A DNA stretch of 54,886 nt from an uncultured Mageeibacillus sp. (lineage in GTDB: Bacteria > Bacillota > Clostridia > Saccharofermentanales > DTU023), in the NCBI GenBank assembly GCA_964553675.1, contig CAZKLG010000004.1, positions 1 to 54,886 on the forward strand, in the 5' to 3' direction. Position numbers and translations under genes: made by a program. Of the stretch, positions 45,578 to 53,958 are shown piece by piece. Under the pieces are notes generated by a model. The model had not been told where the DNA came from, searched no databases, and saw only the letters and a list, made by a program, of their open reading frames with translations. Numbering within the stretch: position 1 is the first letter of the stretch; the number at the start of each line of letters is the position of its first letter.

Positions 45578-46030
45578 AGTCTCTGCTTCCTCCTCGTCTT
45601 TCAAAGAAAGAAAATCGGATTTTAAATAAGGACAGGCCCCCCTCTTGCTGAGGAGCCTCTTAGAAAAAGCTTCGGCCGCCAGGCTTCAGCTTCCCGTCTT
45701 CTTCTTTAACTCCGATTGTCCTTACAGTAGTTCTTCTGCCTCTAGGCATTCCCTGTTAAAACTAATAAATAAAAACGCTTTCGTTTTGTTAACGATATAT
45801 GAACGCTGTCCCCCTGTCAATGACCAAAGCAGCTGTGGACCCTGACATTCTATGGCTTATGACAAGCTTTCCCCTTCCCTGTCAGACAAGTTTATACAGA
45901 TGAACAAGCATACTCAAAAAGTCAAGAATATTTGACGAAGATCCGGAATAAAAGGAGCCAATATTCGTGCATTTTTATATGTATAATTCTTGTATATTGG
46001 CTGGTTTTTCCTGAATTAATGAATAATGTC

Positions 46031-46052
46031 AGGCGGCCTGATCAGGCCGCCT
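46031..46052 (-). terminator. 9-bp GC hairpin enclosing the stop codon of the ABC exporter gene
   Basis: AGGCGGCCT-GATC-AGGCCGCCT. The stop codon (46042-46044) lies in the loop. An AU-rich rather than U-rich tail follows on the minus strand. Confidence 0.5.
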
Positions 46053-47892
46053 CTTCAAACTGACTGTTGTATAGGTTGGCATAAAAGCCATCCAGGGCCA
46101 TGAGCTCCTCATGGCTGCCCCTTTCGATGATATGACCATCCTGCATGACCAGGATGACATCGGCGTTCTTGATGGTAGACAGACGGTGGGCAATGATAAA
46201 GGAGGTCCGGCCACCCATGAGCTGGTCCAGGGCCCGCTGGATGTTGAGTTCAGTCCGGGTATCAATGGAGGAGGTGGCCTCATCCAGGATCAGCATGGGG
46301 GCATTCTCGATCATGGCCCGGGCGATGGTGATCTGCTGCTTCTGGCCGGCTGACAGGTTCATCTCGTCACCCAGGAGGGTGTCGTAGCCCTGGGGCAGGG
46401 TCTCAATGAAGTGGTGAAGGCCCACGGCCTCGCAGGCCTGGACAATCTCTTCTTCCTTGACCCCTTCCTTACTGAAGACAATATTCTCCCGGATGCTGCC
46501 TTCAAAGAGCCAGGTATCCTGGAGGACCATACAAAACTGTTCCCGGACATTCTCCCGGCGCAGTTCCCGGATATCGATCCCGTCAATGGTAATGGAGCCA
46601 TGCTCAATCTCATGAAAGCGCATGAGCAGGTTGACCATGGTGGTCTTGCCGGCCCCGGTAGGCCCTACGATGGCGATCTTCTGGCCGGGCTTGGCCCAGG
46701 CAGTAAAATCGTGGATGACATCCTTGTCCATGCCTTCATAGCGGAACTTGACATCCCGGAACTCCACCGATCCCTTGACCTGGTCCAGGCGCTTGGTCTT
46801 ACCGCTCTCGTCTTCCACCTCCTCTTCATCCAGGAACTCAAAGACCCGCTCACTGGCAGCCGCAGCTGACTGCAGCCGGGTAGCCACCTGGGCAAAATCC
46901 TGGAGGGGGTGGGAGAAAAGGCGGATATACATCATGAAGGCCACGATGACGCTGAAGGAGATCTGACCGCGAAAGACCAGGACGCCGCCCAGGACGCTGA
47001 CGGTCACAAAGCCCAGATTACCCATAAAGAACATCATGGGCATCATCATGGAGGAGAGGGCCTGGGATTTGAAGGCAGAGATCCGCAGCTTCTGGTTGAT
47101 CTTGTCAAAAGTCCGCCTTGCATTCTTTTCCCCATTGTAGGCCCGGACGATATTGTGGCCGGCATAGATTTCCTCGACATGGCCGTTCATATCCCCCAGG
47201 TCTCTTTGCTGGGAGACAAAGTATTTTCGGGAAGCCCGGATGGTCAGGGTCATAAAGAAGAAACCGATCAGGGTGACTGTCACAGCTGTCAGGGCCATCC
47301 AGAGGTTGGTCAGGAGCATCATGGCCAGGGAGCCCACGAAGAGGGTAATGGAGGAACCAAGAGAGGCTATGCCCTGGTTGAGGGCCTGGCTGATCCCATC
47401 CACGTCATTGGTGACCCGGCTGAGGATATCACCATAGGAAACCCGGTTGAAGTAATTGATGGGCACCTTATTGATCTTGTCGGCCACATGCCGCCGCATC
47501 CGTTTTGAAATGGTCTGGGAGACCGAGGCCATGAAGAAGTTCTGGAGATAGCTGAGGAGGGCAGAGAGGCCGTAAATGAAAACCAGAGTCCAAATCAAAC
47601 CTTGAATCCGGTCGAAATTCATGGGTCCTGCGATGCCCTGCTCGATGACATCCACCACCCGGGCCAGTTGCCGGGGTCCGATCAGGGAGAGGATTGCGCC
47701 CAGAGCTGCCCCGAAAAAGGCAAAACCGATGGGCAGCCATTCACTGCGGCTGTATACCAGGAGCCTGACCCAGGTTTTCTTGAAATCCTTGGGTTTTTCA
47801 ACGGGACGGCCGATACCGCCACGCCCGCCGCCCATAGGCTGCTGGCGCCTGACCCTGGTGTCATCTGCTACTTTATATTCTTTTTGACTCAT
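46042..47892 (-). CDS. ABC exporter half-transporter (TMD-NBD), canonical catalytic NBD with variant signature
   Basis: GPTGAGKTT, LSAGQKQQITIARA (LSGGQ variant), LILDEATSSID, IIAHRLSTI. Confidence 0.9.
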   Translation of the reverse strand: MSQKEYKVADDTRVRRQQPMGGGRGGIGRPVEKPKDFKKTWVRLLVYSRSEWLPIGFAFFGAALGAILSLIGPRQLARVVDVIEQGIAGPMNFDRIQGLIWTLVFIYGLSALLSYLQNFFMASVSQTISKRMRRHVADKINKVPINYFNRVSYGDILSRVTNDVDGISQALNQGIASLGSSITLFVGSLAMMLLTNLWMALTAVTVTLIGFFFMTLTIRASRKYFVSQQRDLGDMNGHVEEIYAGHNIVRAYNGEKNARRTFDKINQKLRISAFKSQALSSMMMPMMFFMGNLGFVTVSVLGGVLVFRGQISFSVIVAFMMYIRLFSHPLQDFAQVATRLQSAAAASERVFEFLDEEEVEDESGKTKRLDQVKGSVEFRDVKFRYEGMDKDVIHDFTAWAKPGQKIAIVGPTGAGKTTMVNLLMRFHEIEHGSITIDGIDIRELRRENVREQFCMVLQDTWLFEGSIRENIVFSKEGVKEEEIVQACEAVGLHHFIETLPQGYDTLLGDEMNLSAGQKQQITIARAMIENAPMLILDEATSSIDTRTELNIQRALDQLMGGRTSFIIAHRLSTIKNADVILVMQDGHIIERGSHEELMALDGFYANLYNSQFEEAA

Positions 47893-49652
47893 GAGGCTAA
47901 CTCCTCCATAGACAGCTGGGAGAGGGCAATTTCCTGGTAAACCCGGCAGGTCGCCATCAATTGGGCATGGGTTCCCATGCCGACCAGACGTCCCTCATCC
48001 AGGACCAGGATCTTGTCGGCATCCCGGATGGTCCCGATCCGCTGGGCCACAATCAGGCTGGTCGCCCCTGCCATCCGCTCCCTGAGCGCCTGGCGAAGGG
48101 CCCTGTCCGTCTTATAGTCAAGGGCCGAAAAGGCATCATCAAAAAGATAGATCTCCGGTTTGCGGTGAACTGCCCGGGCGATGGAGATCCTCTGTTTCTG
48201 CCCGCCTGAGTAGTTGGTGCCACCCCGGGCAACCGAGGCCTGGTAGCCATCGGGCAGGCTGTCAATATAGTCCTTGATCTGGGCCACCTGGGCGGCTTCA
48301 TCCAGGGTCTCCAGGGAGGTCTCCTGACCATTCGTGTCCCCGTAATCGATATTGTCTTCCAGGGTCCCTGAAAAGAGGAAGGCTGTCTGGGGCACATAAC
48401 CGAACTTCTTCCGTAAGGCCGCCTGGCGGTAGTCCTTGACATCCAGACCATCAATCAAGACCTGGCCATGGGTGGCGTCAAAGAAGCGGGGAACCAGGTT
48501 GAGCAAGGTGGTCTTGCCAGAGCCCGTGGCTCCGATGAAGGCCACCGTCTGCCCTCTTTCAGCCGTGAAAGAGATGTCTTTCAAGACACTTTCCCCCCCG
48601 TCGGGATAACGGAAGGAGACATGGCGAAACTCGATGGCGGGAGCCTTCTCTTGGAGGGACTCCTCTTCAAGGCCGTCCTGGATGGTGGGTTCTGTCTCGA
48701 TGACCTCCCGGATCCGGTTGGCCGATACGGCCACCCGGGGCGCCATGGAAAAGAGCATGCTCATCCGCATAAAGGCCATGACGATCTGCATGGCATAGTT
48801 CATGAAGACCACCATGCTGGAAAAGAGGACGATTTTATCGGTGGCACCGGCCGAAGCGATCAGGACGGCCCCTATCCAATAGATGGCGATGCTGAGGCCA
48901 TTCATGATCAGGCTCATGGCCGGGAATTGCAACATCATGACCCGGTGGGCGATCAGATTGTTATGGGTCAGAGCCTCATTGGCTTCTTCAAACTTGGCCC
49001 CCTGGTAAGCTTCCGCATTGTAGGCCTTGACTACGCGGATCCCCAAAAGATGCTCCCGGGTGATCCGGTTGATGTTATCGGTCAGACTTTGGATCCGACG
49101 GAAACGGGGCATGGCAAAGGTGAAGATGACGGCAATGAAGACCAAAAGGATGATGACGGCCACTGACATGGCCAGGGACCAGGGCCTCTGACCCTGGCCG
49201 GTGATCTTGGTGATGGCCCAAACCGCCGTGATGGGGGCCGGGATCAAGATCCGGATGACCATGGCCAGGTAGAGTTGGACCTGGGAGACATCATTGGTGG
49301 ACCGGGTAATCAGGCTGGCTGTCGAGAAGCGGTTGATTTCCTCCATGGAAAAGGAGGAGACCCGCTCAAATTGAAGGATACGGAGGCGGCTGGCAAAATT
49401 GGCCGCCACATGGGCCGCCAAGGTGGAGACCAGGAGCATGACTGCCAGGTTGCCAAAGGCAGTCAGGAGCATGAGTCCCCCCGTCTTCAGGATCATGTCC
49501 AGGGTGTTGCCGTCCGTCATAACCAGCTCGGTCACCCTTTTCATAAATTCCGGAATTTTAAGTTCGAAGTATACTCTTAGAACAGTAAACAAGGCGGCAA
49601 TCAGGGCAATCAGCCAATCCCACCTGCGCATGTATTTCAGTGTCTTAATCAT
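47889..49652 (-). CDS. ABC exporter half-transporter (TMD-NBD), degenerate NBD
   Basis: GATGSGKTT, YSGGQKQRISIARA, IYLFDDAFSALD (Asp in place of the catalytic Glu), LIVAQRIGTI (Gln in place of the H-loop His). ATGA overlap with the downstream partner. Confidence 0.9.
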   Translation of the reverse strand: MIKTLKYMRRWDWLIALIAALFTVLRVYFELKIPEFMKRVTELVMTDGNTLDMILKTGGLMLLTAFGNLAVMLLVSTLAAHVAANFASRLRILQFERVSSFSMEEINRFSTASLITRSTNDVSQVQLYLAMVIRILIPAPITAVWAITKITGQGQRPWSLAMSVAVIILLVFIAVIFTFAMPRFRRIQSLTDNINRITREHLLGIRVVKAYNAEAYQGAKFEEANEALTHNNLIAHRVMMLQFPAMSLIMNGLSIAIYWIGAVLIASAGATDKIVLFSSMVVFMNYAMQIVMAFMRMSMLFSMAPRVAVSANRIREVIETEPTIQDGLEEESLQEKAPAIEFRHVSFRYPDGGESVLKDISFTAERGQTVAFIGATGSGKTTLLNLVPRFFDATHGQVLIDGLDVKDYRQAALRKKFGYVPQTAFLFSGTLEDNIDYGDTNGQETSLETLDEAAQVAQIKDYIDSLPDGYQASVARGGTNYSGGQKQRISIARAVHRKPEIYLFDDAFSALDYKTDRALRQALRERMAGATSLIVAQRIGTIRDADKILVLDEGRLVGMGTHAQLMATCRVYQEIALSQLSMEELAS

Positions 49653-49710
49653 ACCCTATAGAGTTGGCCAGCCTGCCTTATTTGTCAATAGCAAATGGTA
49701 CAAGATTCCT

Positions 49711-49749
49711 GCAAAAGACAGGTCCCGCGCCTGGCGCGGGACCTGTCTT
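49711..49749 (-). terminator. Strong intrinsic terminator after the zinc-ribbon gene
   Basis: 16-bp stem AAGACAGGTCCCGCGC / GCGCGGGACCTGTCTT with a 3-nt loop. On the minus strand it runs into TTTTGC. Confidence 0.85.
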
Positions 49750-49768
49750 CGAATCAGATAGGAAATAT

Positions 49769-50392
49769 TTATTTAATCAACTTGAATTTACCAATCAAGG
49801 GCAATTCCTTGGCCTTGCCGCTGGAGGCATTGACAATGCCCAGTATATGCAGGCCCAGCATGGGCAGCCAGAGGAGATTGAGTATGGTCGAGATAAAGAC
49901 CAGACGCCAGGAAATAGCCAGGAGTATGGCACTCAGGATCGCCAGCAAGATGCCCAGAGCCACGTCCACAATAAGCAGGATCAGGCCCTGGTTGGCGTGG
50001 AAACGGGCAAATCTGGATTCCTTGGCCGCAAAGATGGGGACCAGGACCAGGAGCCCTATATAGGCCAGGACGGCCATGACCTTGTTCTGGTTGATGTCTT
50101 GAGGATCATACTGGCCCGTCGTCTCGGGTGTATTCAAGAAAGCTGCCCCTGCAGAAGGCGGCTGCTGCTGATAGGGCGGCTGCTGCTGATAGGGGGGCTG
50201 CTGTTGCTGCTGATAGGGCGGCTGTTGTTGCTGCTGATAGGGCGGCTGTTGCTGCTGCTGGTAGTGCGGGGGAGGCGGTGCTGCCTCAGGCGTAGGAGCA
50301 TTGACCGCTTCCTGGACTACGGGCGCACCGCAGGACGCGCAAAAAGCCTCGTTTCCTTGGATGGGGTGACCACAATTTTTACAATTAGCCAT
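49769..50392 (-). CDS. Zinc-ribbon / Gln-Pro-Tyr repeat / DUF4870-like multi-TM membrane protein
   Basis: MANCKNCGHPI...FCASCG (CxxC...CxxC), five YQQQ(QQ)PP repeats, then KVMAVLAYIGLLVLVPIF...RFHANQGL and further TM helices. AGGAGG lies 8 nt upstream of ATG 50392. Confidence 0.8.
   Translation of the reverse strand: MANCKNCGHPIQGNEAFCASCGAPVVQEAVNAPTPEAAPPPPHYQQQQQPPYQQQQQPPYQQQQQPPYQQQPPYQQQPPSAGAAFLNTPETTGQYDPQDINQNKVMAVLAYIGLLVLVPIFAAKESRFARFHANQGLILLIVDVALGILLAILSAILLAISWRLVFISTILNLLWLPMLGLHILGIVNASSGKAKELPLIGKFKLIK
50157..50264. repeat. Five in-frame tandem repeats (18, 18, 24, 24, 24 bp) inside the zinc-ribbon gene
   Basis: Plus-strand units GGCGGCTGCTGCTGATAG x2, then GGGGGCTGCTGTTGCTGCTGATAG, GGCGGCTGTTGTTGCTGCTGATAG, GGCGGCTGTTGCTGCTGCTGGTAG. 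Confidence 0.9.
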
Positions 50393-50583
50393 TCTCATTA
50401 CCTCCTTCAGGTCTCGAGTCAAACTTTGGCCCCAGGGGCGCAAAAGGGATGAACCGAAATGGGATATACATCTCTGTGATTGACCTTGAACCGCTGGTCT
50501 TGGTGGTCAAAACACAAGCTATTAGGATTAATTATACATAATCCCCGGCAGTTTTACCAAAGAGGCCCATATGGTATTGGGAG

Positions 50584-51282
50584 TTACCCTTTATTGCTGT
50601 TTTCCGGCTGACGGCTGTCGACAAGCAAAATGACCAGATCCTTCCTTTTGGGCAGATAGTAGGGATAGAGGGAATGACTGCTTTTGACCAGCTGTCCCAA
50701 GCGATGGTCCAGCCCCTCCCCTTCTCTTTCATAGAGCTTGAAATAGGTCCTGGCATCCTCCAGGGACCGGAAGGGTTGGCCGAATTCCAGGCTGGCCTCC
50801 AGGCGCTCATAGGGGTAGGCGGCCTCCTGGAGGGCCTTTTCAATATCGGCCACCGACTCCCGCCCCCGCATGGCGCCTTCCTTGTCGGCATTCATGATAC
50901 GGACCAGAAGGCGGCGGGACCTTTGAATACAAGCCATCATCAGGCTGACCGGAGTGCCAAAAAAGACCATAAGGCCCACATCACAGGGCTGCTCCAGGTC
51001 CTCTGCCCGGCCCAGAAGGGTCCGGATATTCCCCTGCCCCCGACTGGCGGCTGCTTCTTCCAATGACTTTAAAACGCCAGGGTCGCTGTCGACGCAATCA
51101 ATAGAAGCCACATAGGGGGCCAGCTCCAGGCTCAATTTGCCCAGGCCGCAACCCCAGTCACAGACCCGGTCATCCGCCTCCAAATAAGGCCGGATCAGCC
51201 AGGCCAGATCCCTATGAAAAGAGCTGACCTCACTGGCTTCCTCATACCAGCGGATCTGGTCCTCATCCCAGGTAAAAGCCAC
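50584..51282 (-). CDS. Class I SAM-dependent methyltransferase
   Basis: Motif I VCDWGCGLGKLSLELA. The only plausible start is GTG 51282, 2 nt after the deaminase stop. The ORF-track extension to 51507 overlaps the deaminase gene. Confidence 0.75.
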   Translation of the reverse strand: MAFTWDEDQIRWYEEASEVSSFHRDLAWLIRPYLEADDRVCDWGCGLGKLSLELAPYVASIDCVDSDPGVLKSLEEAAASRGQGNIRTLLGRAEDLEQPCDVGLMVFFGTPVSLMMACIQRSRRLLVRIMNADKEGAMRGRESVADIEKALQEAAYPYERLEASLEFGQPFRSLEDARTYFKLYEREGEGLDHRLGQLVKSSHSLYPYYLPKRKDLVILLVDSRQPENSNKG

Positions 51283-51284
51283 GC

Positions 51285-51767
51285 TTAGGCCTGCTTTTGC
51301 TGGTAGGCTATTTGCATCTGACGGAGTTCCTCTGCAAATTCCAGGGCCGGCCCCTCTACCTGGGCCTCCCGGATGACCTCCTCGATGGGCAGATTGAAGA
51401 CAGGCCCGGGAATGCGGCCTATCTCCTCCATCCAGCTGACCAGCTGTTTGGAAGAAGAGGCGTAGACAATCCTGCCCAGGCCAACCCAGGCATGGGCTGC
51501 CGAGCACATGGGGCAGTGTTCACCAGAGGTATAGACCGTGGCCTTGGCCCTTTCTTCCTCTGTCATGTTGTCTGCCGCCCAGCGGGCCAGATTAAATTCA
51601 GGATGCTGGGTGTGGTCACCTCCCGATACCCGGTTATGCTCCTCTTTCAGGATCCGGCCGTCCCCGGAGACCAGGAGGGATCCAAAGGGGGCGTCCCCTT
51701 TGTCCAAGGCTTCCTTGGCCAGGTCAACTGCCCGGCGCAGGTGTTTAATATCTTGATCTGTAAGCAT
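51285..51767 (-). CDS. CMP/dCMP-type zinc deaminase (nucleoside/guanine/tRNA-adenosine deaminase family)
   Basis: HPE...x27...CPMC zinc-binding pattern (DHTQHPEFNLARWA...SGEHCPMCSAA). Confidence 0.85.
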   Translation of the reverse strand: MLTDQDIKHLRRAVDLAKEALDKGDAPFGSLLVSGDGRILKEEHNRVSGGDHTQHPEFNLARWAADNMTEEERAKATVYTSGEHCPMCSAAHAWVGLGRIVYASSSKQLVSWMEEIGRIPGPVFNLPIEEVIREAQVEGPALEFAEELRQMQIAYQQKQA

Positions 51768-51949
51768 CGATTCATCCTCCTTGCTTGACAGTATAACGCG
51801 AGAAGTCAGATGAGGGCTGTGTCTCCAGTATCCCCTCCCGACCAGCCATTCATGCCTGTTTATTCAATCCACTGTAACCGATCTGCTGGTGGTCAAGGTC
51901 CGGTTCAGGCTATACTGAAGCTATGAAAGCCCAGTGAGGTGGACTCTAT

Positions 51950-53938
51950 ATGCCAAATAAGCAGCATGAATCCCATCATCAAGCGCAGGATCACCATGAG
52001 GGGGCGGATCACAGCCAGCATCATGGCAACTTCAAAGTGCTCTTTCTTAAATCCCTGCCCCTGGCCATTCCCATTTTACTTTTCTCGCCCCTCATGGGTA
52101 TCAAGCTCCCCTTCCAATTCAGCTTTCCCTACTCCGATCTTCTTTCAGCCCTTTTGGCCACCCTTCTACTTTTATACGGAGGTCGGCCTTTTTACCAGGG
52201 AGCCGTCAAGGAATTCAAGGAAAAAACCCCCGGCATGATGGCCCTGGTCTCCATGGGGCTGAGCGTTTCCTATCTCTACAGCATCTATGCTGTCGTGGCC
52301 AGCTACCTGAGCGACCAAAGTGTCATGGATTTTTTCTTTGAATTTGCCTCCCTGGTCCTGATCATGCTCCTGGGTCACTGGATAGAGATGAAGGCGGTGG
52401 GGGAAGCGGGCGATGCAGAAAAATCCCTGGCCCGCTTATTACCCAAAGATGTCCATCTTCTTACGGAAGATGGTTCAATCCAGATCCGGCCGCTTGCTGA
52501 CTTGAAAGTTGGTGATGTCGTCAGAGTGCAGGCAGGTGAAAAGATCCCGGCAGATGGCCTTGTCCTCAAGGGGGAATCGGGTGTCAATGAATCCCTTTTG
52601 ACGGGTGAATCCAGGCCCGTACCGAAAAAACCTGACGATCCGGTTATTGGTGGTTCAACCAATGGGGAGGGCGTCCTCTACGTCCGGGTGGAAGAAAGGG
52701 GGCAAGCATCCTTCCTGGCCCAGGTCCAGGCCCTCTTAAGCCAGGCACAGAAGCAGCCCTCCCGGTCAGAGGACCTGGCCAACAAGGTGGCTGGCTGGCT
52801 CTTCTACCTGGCCCTGATCGCTGCCCTGGCAGCTTTTGTCATTTGGTTCATCATCAGCGACCTGGAAAAGGCCATCCTTTACAGCGTGACCACCCTGGTC
52901 ATCGCCTGTCCTCACGCCCTGGGCCTGGCCATTCCCCTGGTCGTTGCAAGAAGCAGCAGTCTGGGAGCCAGCCGTGGACTTCTGGTCAAGGACAGGGAGG
53001 CCCTGGAATCCGCTAACCGTGCCGACGTCATGGTCCTGGATAAAACGGGAACCCTGACCACTGGAGAATTCAAGGTTTTGGATCTGGAAGTCTTCAGTCA
53101 GGCCTATAGCAAGGAAGCTGTCACAGCCCTGATGGCGGGTATGGAAGGCGGTTCAAGTCATCCGATCGCTCAGTCAATCCTTCATTACGCCAGTCTGGAA
53201 GGCATCGCAGCTCTTTCCTTTGATTCTATCGAGGTCATGGCAGGCATAGGGGTTCAGGGTCAGATTGACGGTAAAACTTACGGCCTGATCAGTCAAAAGG
53301 CCTATGGCAGGGCACTCGATTATGACATCCCTCCAGGGGCGAGTTTGAGTGTCCTCGTCCAAGGAGGCCAAGCCATCGCAGCCATCGCACTGGGTGATGA
53401 ACTGAAGGCAAGCAGTCCCGGTCTCATCAAAACCTTGAAGGCCAGGGGCATGGAGGTCATTATGGCGACCGGAGACAATGACGAAGCGGCCCGGGCCGTC
53501 GCCCAAAGCTTGGGAATCGATTACCGGGCCAACCAATCTCCCCAGGACAAATATGATTTGGTTCAAGCTTTGAAAGAGCAGGATAAGCGGGTCATCATGG
53601 TGGGTGACGGGGTCAATGATGCCCCATCACTTGCCCTGGCCGACCTTGGCCTGGCAGTAGGGGCAGGCACCCAGGTTGCCTTGGATTCAGCCGATATAAT
53701 CCTGACTCAATCTGACCCTGGAGACATTGAATCCTTCCTGGAATTGTCCAGGCGGACCAGTCGAAAGATGAAAGAAAACCTTCTCTGGGGTGCCGGTTAC
53801 AATTTCATCGCCATTCCCCTGGCCGCCGGTATCCTGGCTCCCCTGGGCATCTCCTTGACGCCAGCCATTGGCGCTATCCTTATGTCTCTGTCAACCCTGA
53901 TCGTCGCAGTCAATGCGATTCTGCTGAAATTAGACTGA
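51950..53938 (+). CDS. copB: P1B-type heavy-metal ATPase, CopB-like (His-rich N-terminus, CPH motif)
   Basis: N-terminus MPNKQHESHHQAQDHHEGADHSQHHG, TM6 ACPHALGLAIP, DKTGTLT, MATGDN, GDGVNDAP. GAGGTGGA RBS. Confidence 0.9.
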   Translation: MPNKQHESHHQAQDHHEGADHSQHHGNFKVLFLKSLPLAIPILLFSPLMGIKLPFQFSFPYSDLLSALLATLLLLYGGRPFYQGAVKEFKEKTPGMMALVSMGLSVSYLYSIYAVVASYLSDQSVMDFFFEFASLVLIMLLGHWIEMKAVGEAGDAEKSLARLLPKDVHLLTEDGSIQIRPLADLKVGDVVRVQAGEKIPADGLVLKGESGVNESLLTGESRPVPKKPDDPVIGGSTNGEGVLYVRVEERGQASFLAQVQALLSQAQKQPSRSEDLANKVAGWLFYLALIAALAAFVIWFIISDLEKAILYSVTTLVIACPHALGLAIPLVVARSSSLGASRGLLVKDREALESANRADVMVLDKTGTLTTGEFKVLDLEVFSQAYSKEAVTALMAGMEGGSSHPIAQSILHYASLEGIAALSFDSIEVMAGIGVQGQIDGKTYGLISQKAYGRALDYDIPPGASLSVLVQGGQAIAAIALGDELKASSPGLIKTLKARGMEVIMATGDNDEAARAVAQSLGIDYRANQSPQDKYDLVQALKEQDKRVIMVGDGVNDAPSLALADLGLAVGAGTQVALDSADIILTQSDPGDIESFLELSRRTSRKMKENLLWGAGYNFIAIPLAAGILAPLGISLTPAIGAILMSLSTLIVAVNAILLKLD

Positions 53939-53958
53939 TATCTTCTGGAAGGGGATCC

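Noticed and set aside
45645-45845. 66-aa plus-strand ORF in the long opp leader
   Set aside because: It has a TTG start, no Shine-Dalgarno and a low-complexity Ser/Leu-rich product, and it is oriented against the surrounding operons.
50157-50264. Tandem repeats considered as a possible CRISPR-like or regulatory repeat array
   Set aside because: The units are contiguous without spacers, in frame, and lie inside a coding region where they encode YQQQPP repeats.
51283-51507. N-terminal extension of the methyltransferase ORF (307-aa version)
   Set aside because: It fully overlaps the deaminase gene in another frame with a Gly/Arg/Pro-rich composition. The methyltransferase homology begins after the GTG at 51282.
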